DNA of 64,000 bases from Selaginella moellendorffii (Eukaryota > Plantae > Lycopodiophyta): NCBI RefSeq assembly GCF_000143415.4, contig NW_003314279.1, forward strand, positions 186,001 through 250,000, given 5' to 3'. This document shows, in pieces, positions 50,487-62,045 of the stretch. How positions within the stretch are numbered: position 1 is the stretch's first letter; each line of letters begins with the position of its first letter. The translations under genes were made by a program, and so were the position numbers. The notes beneath the pieces are model-generated. The model was not told where the DNA came from. It did not search any database and worked only from the letters and a program-made list of their open reading frames with translations.

Positions 50487-51261
50487 GTAATTCCAATAAA
50501 GAACTAACAATTTCAATATCAATCACTAATTCTTTCTCTTGGAAAGCTAGCACAATCTATTACTAAATCATACTTCAAAGAAAGCCAAAGCTCAACCTTT
50601 ATTAAGCAATCTTGTCTAGAACAAGATTAACTCAACTTGCCACTTAGTTCTTTTGAACATTAATATAAGTATTAACTAGCAAAATGAATGCTAATGACAC
50701 AAAGGTACAACCAACTACTAACACCATCTTAATTGAGACTAGTGAAATGAAATTTTAATCTCTATTAAGTCCAACTATTCACCAACTATCTAAACCACTA
50801 TAGGTGAAAAATCCAACTACTTCCTCAATATGCCCATGGAAACAACAAATCATCTCACTTCACTCTCAACTCTAATAATATCAATATCAAAACATCATTT
50901 CAATGTTATCAATATCACATCAAGAAGAGAATCACCACATCCAAGACTCAATAAAATACAACATCACAGATTAAATGCAACTAAATAACATTGACAGAAG
51001 GGGAATCAACATACCAATATGGAAAACTATATAAGGGTAATGATATGATCCTCAACAATACCATTTGGTAAAACAAACTCATCACTGCTAGATTATTATT
51101 AAACAAAAAAAGTGTTAATAGTCCTCAACAAAGTTTACAAATAATCATTAGTCATAAAGAAACCAATAATCACTCTTCATCTCAACTTTGTAAAACTCAA
51201 ACATTACACTCGTGTCATCAAATCATATATTTATCCAATGGAAAGGTAACTCTCTAAGTAC

Positions 51262-51565
51262 AATATATATATACATATACATATATATACATATACATAC
51301 ATATACACATACATACATACATATACACATACATATATAAATACACATATATACACATATACATATACATATATATACACATATACATATATACATATAT
51401 ATACACATATATACACATATATATACACATATACATACATATATACATACATATATATATATATACATACAGACATACATACATACATATATATACATAT
51501 ATACACACATATATATACATACATACATACATATACATACATACATATATACATACATATATATG
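51262..51565. repeat. Compound (AT)n/(ATAC)n microsatellite, about 300 bp
   Basis: Seen directly. Confidence 0.97.
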
Positions 51566-52491
51566 AACATGGATAAGTACAAACAAAATGACTACTCAAG
51601 TCTAACTTAACTATAATAAGCTCATTAATGTGTTTAGCCAATAGCTCTGAACATATCAAAAGAGGCTAACTATGCATGATCAACACCCAGCTAAAACTAA
51701 ACTGAAGATCATGAAATGGACTCATATGGTACATAACCTTTTAATGAACAATACTATATTATAGGTACTAATATATCAACTGCAAACAACTATGTTGGAT
51801 ATACTAAGGAGTAAAGTCACCAAGACTAAATCAAGATTAATGAGAGCTCACTACTCTTATAGAGTCTAACAAAATGTAAAGTGCAACTTACTAAGCATAA
51901 TACTATAGAAACAAGGCACAAATGTCACTTTTCTAAAAAAGTACAATGGCCATTTTTCATCAGACTCTTTATAACTCAATTGCCTTAACCTCAAAAGTTA
52001 ACATTCTTTTCAGGTGTATCATATAAACTATTTATTAAGGTTTAAGTTAACTGAAGTCAACTCTAACCCTTTCTCTAGTTTACAATGGCTCACGAAAACA
52101 AAATGGTTTTCAAGCAAAATGATTAATAGATTAGCATAGGAAAAGTCTAAGAAAATTTATGAAAGAATTTTCCATCATAAAGAAAAAATGACTCTCAATT
52201 TAGGATTGTAAATTCTCAAACTTTACTAACTTCTTCCTACTTACAACTTCACTTAACACAAATTTTCATAATTCAACAATATACTTAAGCATTAAATATC
52301 ATGCCTAATCAACATCCAACAAAGATATATGCAAATGCTAATGAATACCCAAAACTTGATTATAATGACCACATTTTCAAATCTCCATACTACATTTACA
52401 CTCTTTTTCAATCACCTTCAAAATCCAATATGAAGCCAAAATCCTCAATTTAGACTTCCCAAAAGGTCACATAACTAGTACTATTGAAATC

Positions 52492-52894
52492 NNNNNNNNN
52501 NNNNNNNNNNNNNNNNNNNNNNNNNNNNNNNNNNNNNNNNNNNNNNNNNNNNNNNNNNNNNNNNNNNNNNNNNNNNNNNNNNNNNNNNNNNNNNNNNNNN
52601 NNNNNNNNNNNNNNNNNNNNNNNNNNNNNNNNNNNNNNNNNNNNNNNNNNNNNNNNNNNNNNNNNNNNNNNNNNNNNNNNNNNNNNNNNNNNNNNNNNNN
52701 NNNNNNNNNNNNNNNNNNNNNNNNNNNNNNNNNNNNNNNNNNNNNNNNNNNNNNNNNNNNNNNNNNNNNNNNNNNNNNNNNNNNNNNNNNNNNNNNNNNN
52801 NNNNNNNNNNNNNNNNNNNNNNNNNNNNNNNNNNNNNNNNNNNNNNNNNNNNNNNNNNNNNNNNNNNNNNNNNNNNNNNNNNNNNNNNNNNNNN
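52492..52894. other. Assembly gap
   Basis: Run of N. Confidence 1.
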
Positions 52895-55519
52895 CAATAA
52901 TACTCAAACCCAAGGATGCTTAACCCTAAATATCCCAAGACATTTAACCAGATGCACTTTTATTCATAGGCCTTTTCCCTTACATGTGAACCCCATAGAT
53001 CATCTTTTAAGTTGTTCTTTTTTGTTTGCTTATAAATAACTTCTCCATCAACCACTTTAGGGTTGATTATTGTTTATCTAAGAAACTTCGTAAATACAAT
53101 GCTTACAATCATATTAGTATGATATAAACATCATAATAACAAAGCAATATCATGAGCAACACTCATATCGCTATTACAAAGATTTATATGAATATCAAGT
53201 GCTAACTCTATTACACAAAATGCACTATAATACTACACCCCATTGATAACCTAATACTATTAACTTTTGTTCACAACATAGATAAACTCATGCCACTCTC
53301 TATCTGACTAAACTCAACATTAATCCAAAATCAAACTACTCAAGGAGCAATAACAAAGTTCCCCATAAAATAATTATATATTGTAACCCAAGCCTTCCAA
53401 TAGCAACTCTAAGCAAAATGTTTTAGCACTTCACCACTATCCATCCCATGACTCACCATTTATAAGACCATCATAACCAACATGTATTAAAGTAAAGATT
53501 CTTGATTGCATGATATGAACATGAGCAATGAGATTATACCTCATTATGAATTATTTCTCAAAAAAGAGAAGATGATTTACACATTTGATCTTTCATCACT
53601 AATCACTCCCTTTTCAAACTCAACTTTGATTAAACCTCAAGCTTGCATTCATATTGCCTTTAGTCCAATCTAATAAAAGTTTATAAAAAACCACAGCAAT
53701 GTTTATATGAACTAATAAACTAATCCCCATAATCTTAATTGATCCACTCATTATCATGCATAGGAAGGAACCACTAATGTCATGTTAAATACCAACCTAT
53801 TCACCACTCATAATAAATCCAAAATAAGTTTACTTTTTACCCATGATAATATAAAACAATTTATGGTAACCACTAATATGTTAACATTAATCCTGCAAAC
53901 TCAAAATGTAACCTTATGTTGCTAATATATCTCACACATGAGCCCAAGCACAAACTTGTGCAAATGGTACATCTCAATCCATCCTATAAGCCCAAGTGCA
54001 AACTCACACAATCTAGTACAAAAAGGTAACCAAGATCCATACTTATAGAACAAATGTAAAATCATAGCACCCAAATGTCTACTCACTTGGATTATTATCT
54101 TCATTTTTACATATACACACAAATGGAAGCTAGACTATGCTTCAGGTTAATCGGCCATACTCGATCTACCCACTATCCCTACTAGCATTTTCCCTTTATA
54201 TTTAAACTATAATAAACTATTATATTTTACTTTATGATTATCTCTTTTGAAAGTCTTAACAAGTATATCAAACCATCAATTTATAGCTAGAGGTACAAAA
54301 TATCATCTGGTATATACATAGCTATATATGATGCCACTCATAATACTCCCTCTCATGTTATAAAATAATGGTTGCAATGAATTGTAATTTCTCATTTGAT
54401 ATGAGAGGACATTTTTTTTTGTCAACTACTAAGGGTATTTGTGATTGCTATTAAATACTTCCTCTTTAATTGAGTGGTGTTTTAGCATTTGTCTAGAGAA
54501 AATTTTCTTAAGATTTTTTTTTGTATTTATGGGTGATGCATTTCATATTTTGATATTCTGATTAGGAATATGTTTAATTTCTCAATTGCATAATGATGTC
54601 CTATATTCCCCCTTAAATAGGAGAATTGTGGTAAATGTGGAGAAAATGAAAGAGATAGTTGTCAAGATGATATTGAAAATGTAAATACTAAAATAATAAA
54701 TTATCAACAAAAAATATAAAATTCTCAAAACTATCATAAAGCCTTCAAATCCACAACTCACCATTTAACTTCCTAAACATCATGAAGAGGAAGTAAATTC
54801 ACCTTTATATTTTGTGGATATTGAAAATTGAGTATAACAATCACCAATAGCACATAATCTTCATCTAGAAAATTCACTAACACTAGAACAATAAACTCTT
54901 TAAGAATATGAAGAGAGAGAGAAGGAGGGAAATAAGCTTGAGATAAAGCATCAATATCAAACATTGAATTCCCATAGTGATAACAAACCTTGGAGTTGTA
55001 GATTTGAAACTTTAAGGATTTCATGATTTTTGGATAACACCATAATTAATAAAAGAGAATGATTTATGTTTTTTCAATTAATTAAGGGTCTTAGGATTAA
55101 GTTTAAATAGTATTGTGTTCAGTGATGAACACCATTTTTTAATATCTCCTTGACATTTACTCATATGATTTTGATTAATATTGATTAATATTGGTTGATT
55201 AATATTGAATATGAACTTTGATCGGATGAGCATCCCTAGATGGAATAAGATGGCCTATTAGAATCTTGGTCCCAAGAGACAAGTCAACATTGAAAAGATC
55301 ACCATTTTCCTCTTTGAGCTAATCAACCTCCATGCATAGAAACCTCCATGAGATAAGGAATAGAATAAAAAGAAAGAAAGACAGTAAGTAATGAAAATAG
55401 AAGTAGAAGCACAGGGGAAAAATGAAATATACGAAATAAACAAAAAATGAGAAATGAAAGAACTATGAGGAAATATACAACAAAGAGAAGTTTCAAAGTT
55501 GCATTTGGCATAAGCCGCT

Positions 55520-56455
55520 ACCAGTCTCTCACACCAATCTGACCAAAATATTTGTTCTAGGAAATCCATCACACCCCATCTATGCTTGGCTGGGAGCAAC
55601 ACAAATCATTGCAGGAGAAGCTGGATGCATAATCAAGAGCAGCACTAGTAGCAGTGGCAAGAATCTCTAGCACGTGATGATTTTTTCTTCTGCTTCTTCG
55701 TTCACTCTATCAAGTTCGTTTCTATCAGGCCAGAGAATGGTAATTGTCTTTCTTTCTCTCCTTCACTACATTGAAAGTGGTTTTTCTGTGCTAGAACATC
55801 AAGAAATCCTTAAGGTCTACCTTGATGATGATACTACTGTTAGAAAGCATGCACAACTAGGGCACTGGTGTAGAAGGTCTTGGGTTCAATCCCTAGACTG
55901 TCCAGATCCATTTTCCAACATAGTATCAGAGCTATGGTTGGATGGCCTGTGGTAGGCATGGATTGGCAGGTAGGGAGATGTGGCCTGTTCAGCATAGAGG
56001 GGAGTGTTAGAACTAAACTGAGAATGCACACAACTAGGGCAGGTAGCTCAGTGGTACCAATGTAGGAGGTCCTGGGTTCAATCCCTAGCCTGTCCAGATC
56101 CATTTTCCAACAACTAGGACACACAGACAAATATCCATGTTTCGAACAGTTGAGGAACTAAATTCAAGTTTGCCATACAAGCGTCCATTCTTTCAGGTAT
56201 GGATTTCGCTTTCCATGTCTTGGTTTTTCTTAACACTTATGCTATAGAACTCCGAGGTCGATCTGAGGCCACTTCTAAAGAATCTTTTGCCAGTGTGGGA
56301 GGTCAGCCGTCTTAGAACACGAGGAGAAAAAGTCTGACAGTTTGTTCCTCCAGGTTGAAAGATGATACTCTTTGGGATCGCAATTCTCTACTTGCAGAGG
56401 TTTCTTTTCTTGTTCTACGAGAAGATTGTCCTTACCAAAGTTTTGCAGATTCAAC
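55520..56455 (+). pseudogene. IFT43 pseudogene copy (exons 2-7), frameshifted and interrupted by a TRIM
   Basis: Colinear with 34700-35420; 1-bp deletion in exon 2, lost donor site, insertion in exon 4. Confidence 0.75.
55838..56112 (+). mobile_element. TRIM (275 bp) with tRNA-derived LTRs: LTR 55838-55920, PBS 55921-55932, PPT 55996-56004, LTR 56005-56112
   Basis: TGTTAGAA...TTCCAACA LTRs; PBS TAGTATCAGAGC (1 mismatch to the tRNA-iMet PBS); PPT AGAGGGGAG; flanks ACTAC/ACTAG; A-box TAGCTCAGTGG and B-box GGTTCAATCC in the LTR; absent from the paralog at about 35023. Confidence 0.88.
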
Positions 56456-57370
56456 GAACTGGACCGTGGTAATCCCAAGCAGAATCCCCGGAGAGCCCCT
56501 CCGTCCCGATCCAAATGGCAGCACTTGGAAGCTCTGGCCTTTTTCACATCGATGTCCGGATGCCGAAGAAACCGCTCGGGATCGAACTTGAGAGCCGATG
56601 TTGACGAGCGCCCGAGTTCCTCACGTATCCCTCCAGCTCGCAAGCTTGGTGAGGAATGCTCATGGGCCCTGGGGGATGGAGGCGCAATGTTTCCTTGACG
56701 ATGGCTTGGAGGAAAGTCAGCTTTAGAAGATCAGTCTCGTCCAGGCCCGGTTTTCTTTTTCAGCTCCTCCTGAGCTCGTGGATTTCTTACGAGCTCGTCT
56801 ACAACCACTCCACCGTGATAGCGGTCCCAGCAGCGATCATATCCTACGAAGTTACGAGCATGTCAATCAAGGATTCCCAGATACGGGAAGAAGTCAGCCA
56901 GAGCGATACTTCCAGACACCGTGAGCGCCTCGAGCTCCTTCAAGAGCATGGACATCTCGTTCTTCCGGACTTGCTGGAACATCGCGACGCGCTTGGCAGT
57001 GAGGAGCTCCAGTTCCGGACGCACCTCCAGTGGTGGCCCAGATCATCCCACCTCCTCCATACCCGAAGTTCTCGCTGGCAATCGTCCTGGGCCTGGAAGA
57101 GAAGACGTGATCTAGCGTCTTGAGGAGCTCCATGGCGGCCACTGGCGGTGGAGATGACGAGCGTGTCGTGGATGCCGAACTTGAGGAGAATGAGGCCGCC
57201 ATGTCTCTGGGAGAGCTTTTGCAAGGATTGGTGGGGACGAGGAGATGGAGATGGCTGAGGATGGAAGTCCCGGACGAGATGGTGGCGATTTGCTGCCTCG
57301 GCTACCACTGACAAGCTTAAGGAAGATGAGAGCAATGAAAGACGCAAAAACAATTCAAAGGAACTCCTTC
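56455..57370 (-). pseudogene. CYP71-clan P450 pseudogene, duplicate of 35525-36540
   Basis: Shares the same internal deletions as the first pseudogene. Confidence 0.85.
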
Positions 57371-57604
57371 CAGGCACGCTGGAGGTATGAACTTCGACTT
57401 TTATGTGCATTGCGATGTGTTGTGGTGGACTAAGCAAGTCATATACAAAGCCTATCCATTAGTCGCTGATGTCTACGTGATACAATTCTATAAAGACGGA
57501 TTTGCCGCTGATATCCTTTGATAGTAAGAAATTCAAGGCTATGCATTCCAGTCAAGCTGCATTCCAGTCAAGCTTTAACGTTCAAATTGTATATAAAAAT
57601 GGGG

Positions 57605-58124
57605 AAGCTGCGTGTGCTCAAGCTGGCGACTCTAAGAAAATCCTTTCCAAGCTCTGGAAGGAGTTCATCCGAACAGGGAAACTTTCCTCCAGACCTTTTG
57701 GCCGGATAGAGTTCCTGGAACCTGGAGGAACATTTCCAGACAGTGGGAGCTCGGTCTCAAAGGAATGAAAATTAGCTGCGCAGTGATCAAGATGTTCTAT
57801 ATCCAGCTTCCAACACTGGAGGAACTGAACTTAAGTTTGCCATACAAGCTTCCATTCTTTCAGGTATGGAGTTCGCTTTCTATGTCTTGTTTTTCTTCAA
57901 CTTTTGCTGTAGAATTCCTGAGGTGCGAGGTCAGCCATCTTACGAAAAAAAAAACACAAGGAAAAGGAAAATGTCTGTCCGCTTGTTATTCCAGGTCGCC
58001 GAAGGATCGCGAATCACGATTCTCTACTTGCACAGGTTTCTTTTCTCGCGCTATGAAGATTGTCCTCACCAAATCTTTGCAGATTCAACTCAAATTAAAT
58101 GAAGATCGTGAGAACTTGCAATAA
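57605..58124 (+). pseudogene. Duplicate of the PPR-fragment tail and decayed IFT43 3' exons (40323-40848)
   Basis: Near-identical to 40323-40848. Confidence 0.7.
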
Positions 58125-58145
58125 AAGTGTGTTTTACCTTGACAA

Positions 58146-59663
58146 TCAAATGTAAGCCTGTGGGTTCAAGCGTGTGGACGGCACCAGCCTGAGTGGAGAA
58201 GCTCTGGGAACACTAAGACCAAACTTCTCCGCCATGTCCAACTCTTTGCCATCCGGCGCTGCCCAGTCAAACGCATGGAGCAAGCTTCCGAGCACGAACT
58301 GGACGGTGGTAGTCCCCAGGAGGATCCCCGGGCAGCTCCTCCTTCCCGATCCAAACGGCAGCAATTCGAAGCTCTGGCCTCTTACATCGATGTCCGGCTG
58401 CCGAAGAAACCGCTCGGGATCAAACTTGAGAGGCTCGTCCCACCACCTCGGGTCCCTCGCTATGGCATAGACATTGACGAGCGCGTGAGTTCCTGCTGGA
58501 ATCACGTAACCCTCCAGCTCGCAAGCTTGGATGGATTGGTGGGGAATGCTAAGGGGCCCTGGAGGGTGGAGGCGCAGTGTTTCCTTGACGATGGCTTGGA
58601 GGAAAGTCAGCTTTGGAAGATCAGTCTCGTCCAGGGCCCGGTTCTCTCCGACAACCTCTTTGAGCTCCTCCTGAACTTGAAGCACCATTGCTGGATTGTT
58701 TACGAGCTCGGCTAGAGCCCACTCCACCGTGACAGCAGCAGTGTCGGTCCCAGCAGCGATCATATCCTACGAAGTTACATCAATGACGGGAAGAACAAGG
58801 AACAGTTTACATACCAGGCAGAGAGCTTTGATGGAAGTATCGCTGAGATCTTTTCTGGCCAACATCATGTCCAGGAAATCTCTGTTGCTTCCCGGCTGCT
58901 GGCGGTGCTCGACGATCTGCTTGGCCAGATACTCGTCGAGCTGCTTGTGGATCGCGCAGATCTTCTTGGCTTGGCCGTCCATCCATCCCAGATATGGGAA
59001 GAAGTCGGCCAGAGTGTTACTTCCAGCCACCGTGAACGCCTCCGTGATCAAGTCTTTGAACCTTACCGCGAGTTCCCTCTCAGCGGAGCTCCCAGAGGAG
59101 TAGCTCCGGTTCATCACCATCCTCGTCATGAAGTTGAAAGTGAGATCCAGGAGCTTGGACGTGAGCTCCACAGAACTCATCTGGGAACTTTGGAGCTCCT
59201 TCAAGAGCATGGACATCTCCGTCTTCCGGACTTGCTGGAACATCACAACGCGCTTGGCAGTGAGGAGCTCCAGAGTGCACAGCTTCCGGACGCTCCTCCA
59301 GTGATCGCCATAGGCAGCCCAGATCATCCCAGCTCCCCCATACCCGAAGTTCTCGCCGGTAATCGTCCTGGGCCTGGAAGAGAAGACGTGATCTTGCGTT
59401 TTGAGGAGCTCCCTGGCGGTCTCGGCAGTGGAGACGACGAGCGTGTTGTGGATGCCGAGCTTGAGGAGCATGAGGCCGCCATATCTCTGGGCGAGCTTCT
59501 GCAAGGACTGGTGGGGGAGCTTACCGAGGAGATGGAGATGGCCAAGGATTGGAAGTCCTGGAGGAGATGGAGGCGATTTGCTACCGCTGCCTCGGTTATC
59601 ACTGACAAGCTTAAGGAAGATGAGAGCAATGAAGAACGCAAAACCAATCCAAAGGAACTCCAT
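58146..59663 (-). CDS. Cytochrome P450, CYP71 clan (A-type), intact, 2 exons (59663-58815, 58766-58146), 489 aa
   Basis: N-terminal anchor, PPSPP hinge, WRSVR, AGTDT, ETLR, PERF, PFGSGRRSCPG; single phase-0 intron before DMIAAGT. Confidence 0.94.
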
Positions 59664-62045
59664 TGATTTTTTTCAGGCACTCGCTGGAAGTAAAACGCCA
59701 CTGCAATGTGACGACAATCGTTGGCGGAGTATGCAAAGAGAGAAAGCCTATCCAATCTGCATGTTACAGTTTAATCGCTGGAGACTGAGAGGCATGGCAT
59801 GAAAAATATCTAGAAATTTCAAAGTATAGATCTTCCAGTCCACTTATGAAACTAAATTCTTATCCTTAGTAAAACTTAACATATGATGTTTCTCAAACAC
59901 ATTAGTTAGCTGCATCATATTTCACTCTATGTTATAATACTAATAATATGAATATTAACAATATAGACTAAATAATCAAATGGAAAAGACAGTGGTCGAG
60001 AAAAGGAAGATATTAGCACTATTGCCAGTGACCTCCTTACAAAGTGAAGAGTAAAAAAACGTTTTACAATTGAAGCTTTCTAGTATTAATATATACATGG
60101 ATCCTAGTTCGGGATCTTTCTTTTACGTGTCCATAAGTCATGAATGACAGTTGCCGTTGCAGCATGTGCAGCAAGGTCAGACATGCTTTTCCATGCAATT
60201 ATAAATGGGTTTCTCTTTACGCCTACGTTTGTGTTGGAAGTCTTTCTTCTCAGGCTGGGAGCAAAGCTAAATATGCTTCCGTGCCCACCCTCACCATATA
60301 AATAAGGGGTTCAAGATCTATCAGTAACTTATAGAGCATGCTGTGCTGTGCTGCTGCGCTGCTAGACTGTGCTACCATGAAGCATACAACCCCTCCTCTC
60401 TTTTCCTCATTTTTCTCTCTCTCCTCTCCTTGTTCTGCTCTTCAGTGTCCAATTCTTGGTAGTTAAGAGTTTCCCATTCTTTTTCTTGCACCACTGCACA
60501 ATTTAGACACATCTAGTTCCCAGAAAGCGTTTCTAGTTTTGCGGATCATGCCCTAAAATGCTGCAATCCAATTATCAATTTACTTCCTCTTGGTTCTTTT
60601 CTTTGATCATATTGCCATCTTTGATTGATAGTGATGATTGAGCTTAGAACCTTGCCATGAATTCTTTTGTATAAAGCTTGAAATTTATTCAATTGTAAAA
60701 CTTCATCTTTGTTGCTTAGGTTTAGCTGATTTAATTTAATTTTTTTTTTCCTCTTTTTGTTCTCCTTTTTTAATTTCCAAAATCTTTTTTGCAAATTTCA
60801 AACTTAATCTTTCTTTCTTTTTGACTCAACCTCAAGCCTCTTTTGTAGAATCTTCATGAGGAGTTTCCTCCCTTTAAGTTGCTGGTTTTAAAGTTTCTAT
60901 TATGGTTTCATTTTATTGTTTCACCATCTGCATATATGTTTTTAGCTATCACTTGATAAAAGAGCTTTTAATGAATATTTTATTTTCATTTATCCCTTAT
61001 GGTTCCAAACAAAATCCTTTATAAGAAACAATTTTTTGTATTTAGCTTCTATAGGCAAAATGGTGTTAAATGGAGTTTCACACAATTTCAATATATTGAT
61101 AGTTTAACACAAAGATGTGGGTACCTTATCAACTAACATGGTATAAAACTTGAGTTTAAACTTAAATTGAATGCAAATTAAAAAATGATATAGCCTAGCG
61201 AAAGCTAAACTAATGTTCCAAGTGGTCAATTATGCTTTTGACCACTATCCCTACTATACATTTAAAGTAAAATGATAATATCATGGCTAAAAGGGTATAG
61301 GATAGGTCATTTGGACATAAAAGGAAAGTTTAAGCCCTTTATTTAAGAACAAATGAGGATCAATGAACGTGATCAAATAAACTCCACCTAAGCTTCATAG
61401 TTAATTTTCTTTTTAAAAGTATGAGTTACTCTTAAGCATTTCTTTAAAAAGCCTTTTTAACACCCTTCCATGACTCAACCCTAACCCAAACATGGTTTAA
61501 AAGCACCATTTTGAAAGTTTTTTCCTTAGTGTACTATCCTTATTACTGTTGGAATGCTATATCCTATCAACCTTCTTTCAGTTGGAACGTCCCATCCCAT
61601 CAACCTTTTTTGAGACCAGAAGTGGATCAACTTCTTGATGGATTATGATTGAATTTAAATCACTTTTTTTTAAAAAAAATGGCATAGCTGCATATGCCTC
61701 ATGAATCACATTTTGATTGTTATTATAACAATCAAAACATTACTGTGCAATAAACAAAACACAAAAAAAATTCTTGCATATGAGTTAAAAAAAATATAAA
61801 AATGCGCAACCATAAATTAATTGCTATATAAATCCAGTAAAGAGGTCTTCCACTCCCCATATTAATGATCTGATCTGGAATTCCAAACCATGTTACAGAT
61901 CTGAAATATTCAATCCCTCATCCAATAAGGGGAACGGAACTAATATTTTATCAAGGATTCTAAAAAAAGGGAAAATAATAGTTCAGACTCTCTTTCCATT
62001 TACAAGATAAGTATACAAGAAAAGCAATTAAGAATGAAACTTGGG

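Larger units (their letters stand above)
50500..54300 (+). mobile_element. Probable highly decayed Ty1/copia remnant
   Basis: Faint motif ghosts in copia order: (W)IV(D)S near 52200, IVTQAFQ (cf. LVAQGF) near 53380, LIKVY..PQQCLYE (cf. LxKSLYGLKQAPRxWY) near 53670; G-poor plus strand. Confidence 0.35.

Noticed and set aside
51223-51659. Y/M/C/I/V-rich ORFs
   Set aside because: Microsatellite translation
56037-56096. Functional tRNA gene
   Set aside because: D-arm 3' side and anticodon stem are deleted; it is part of an LTR
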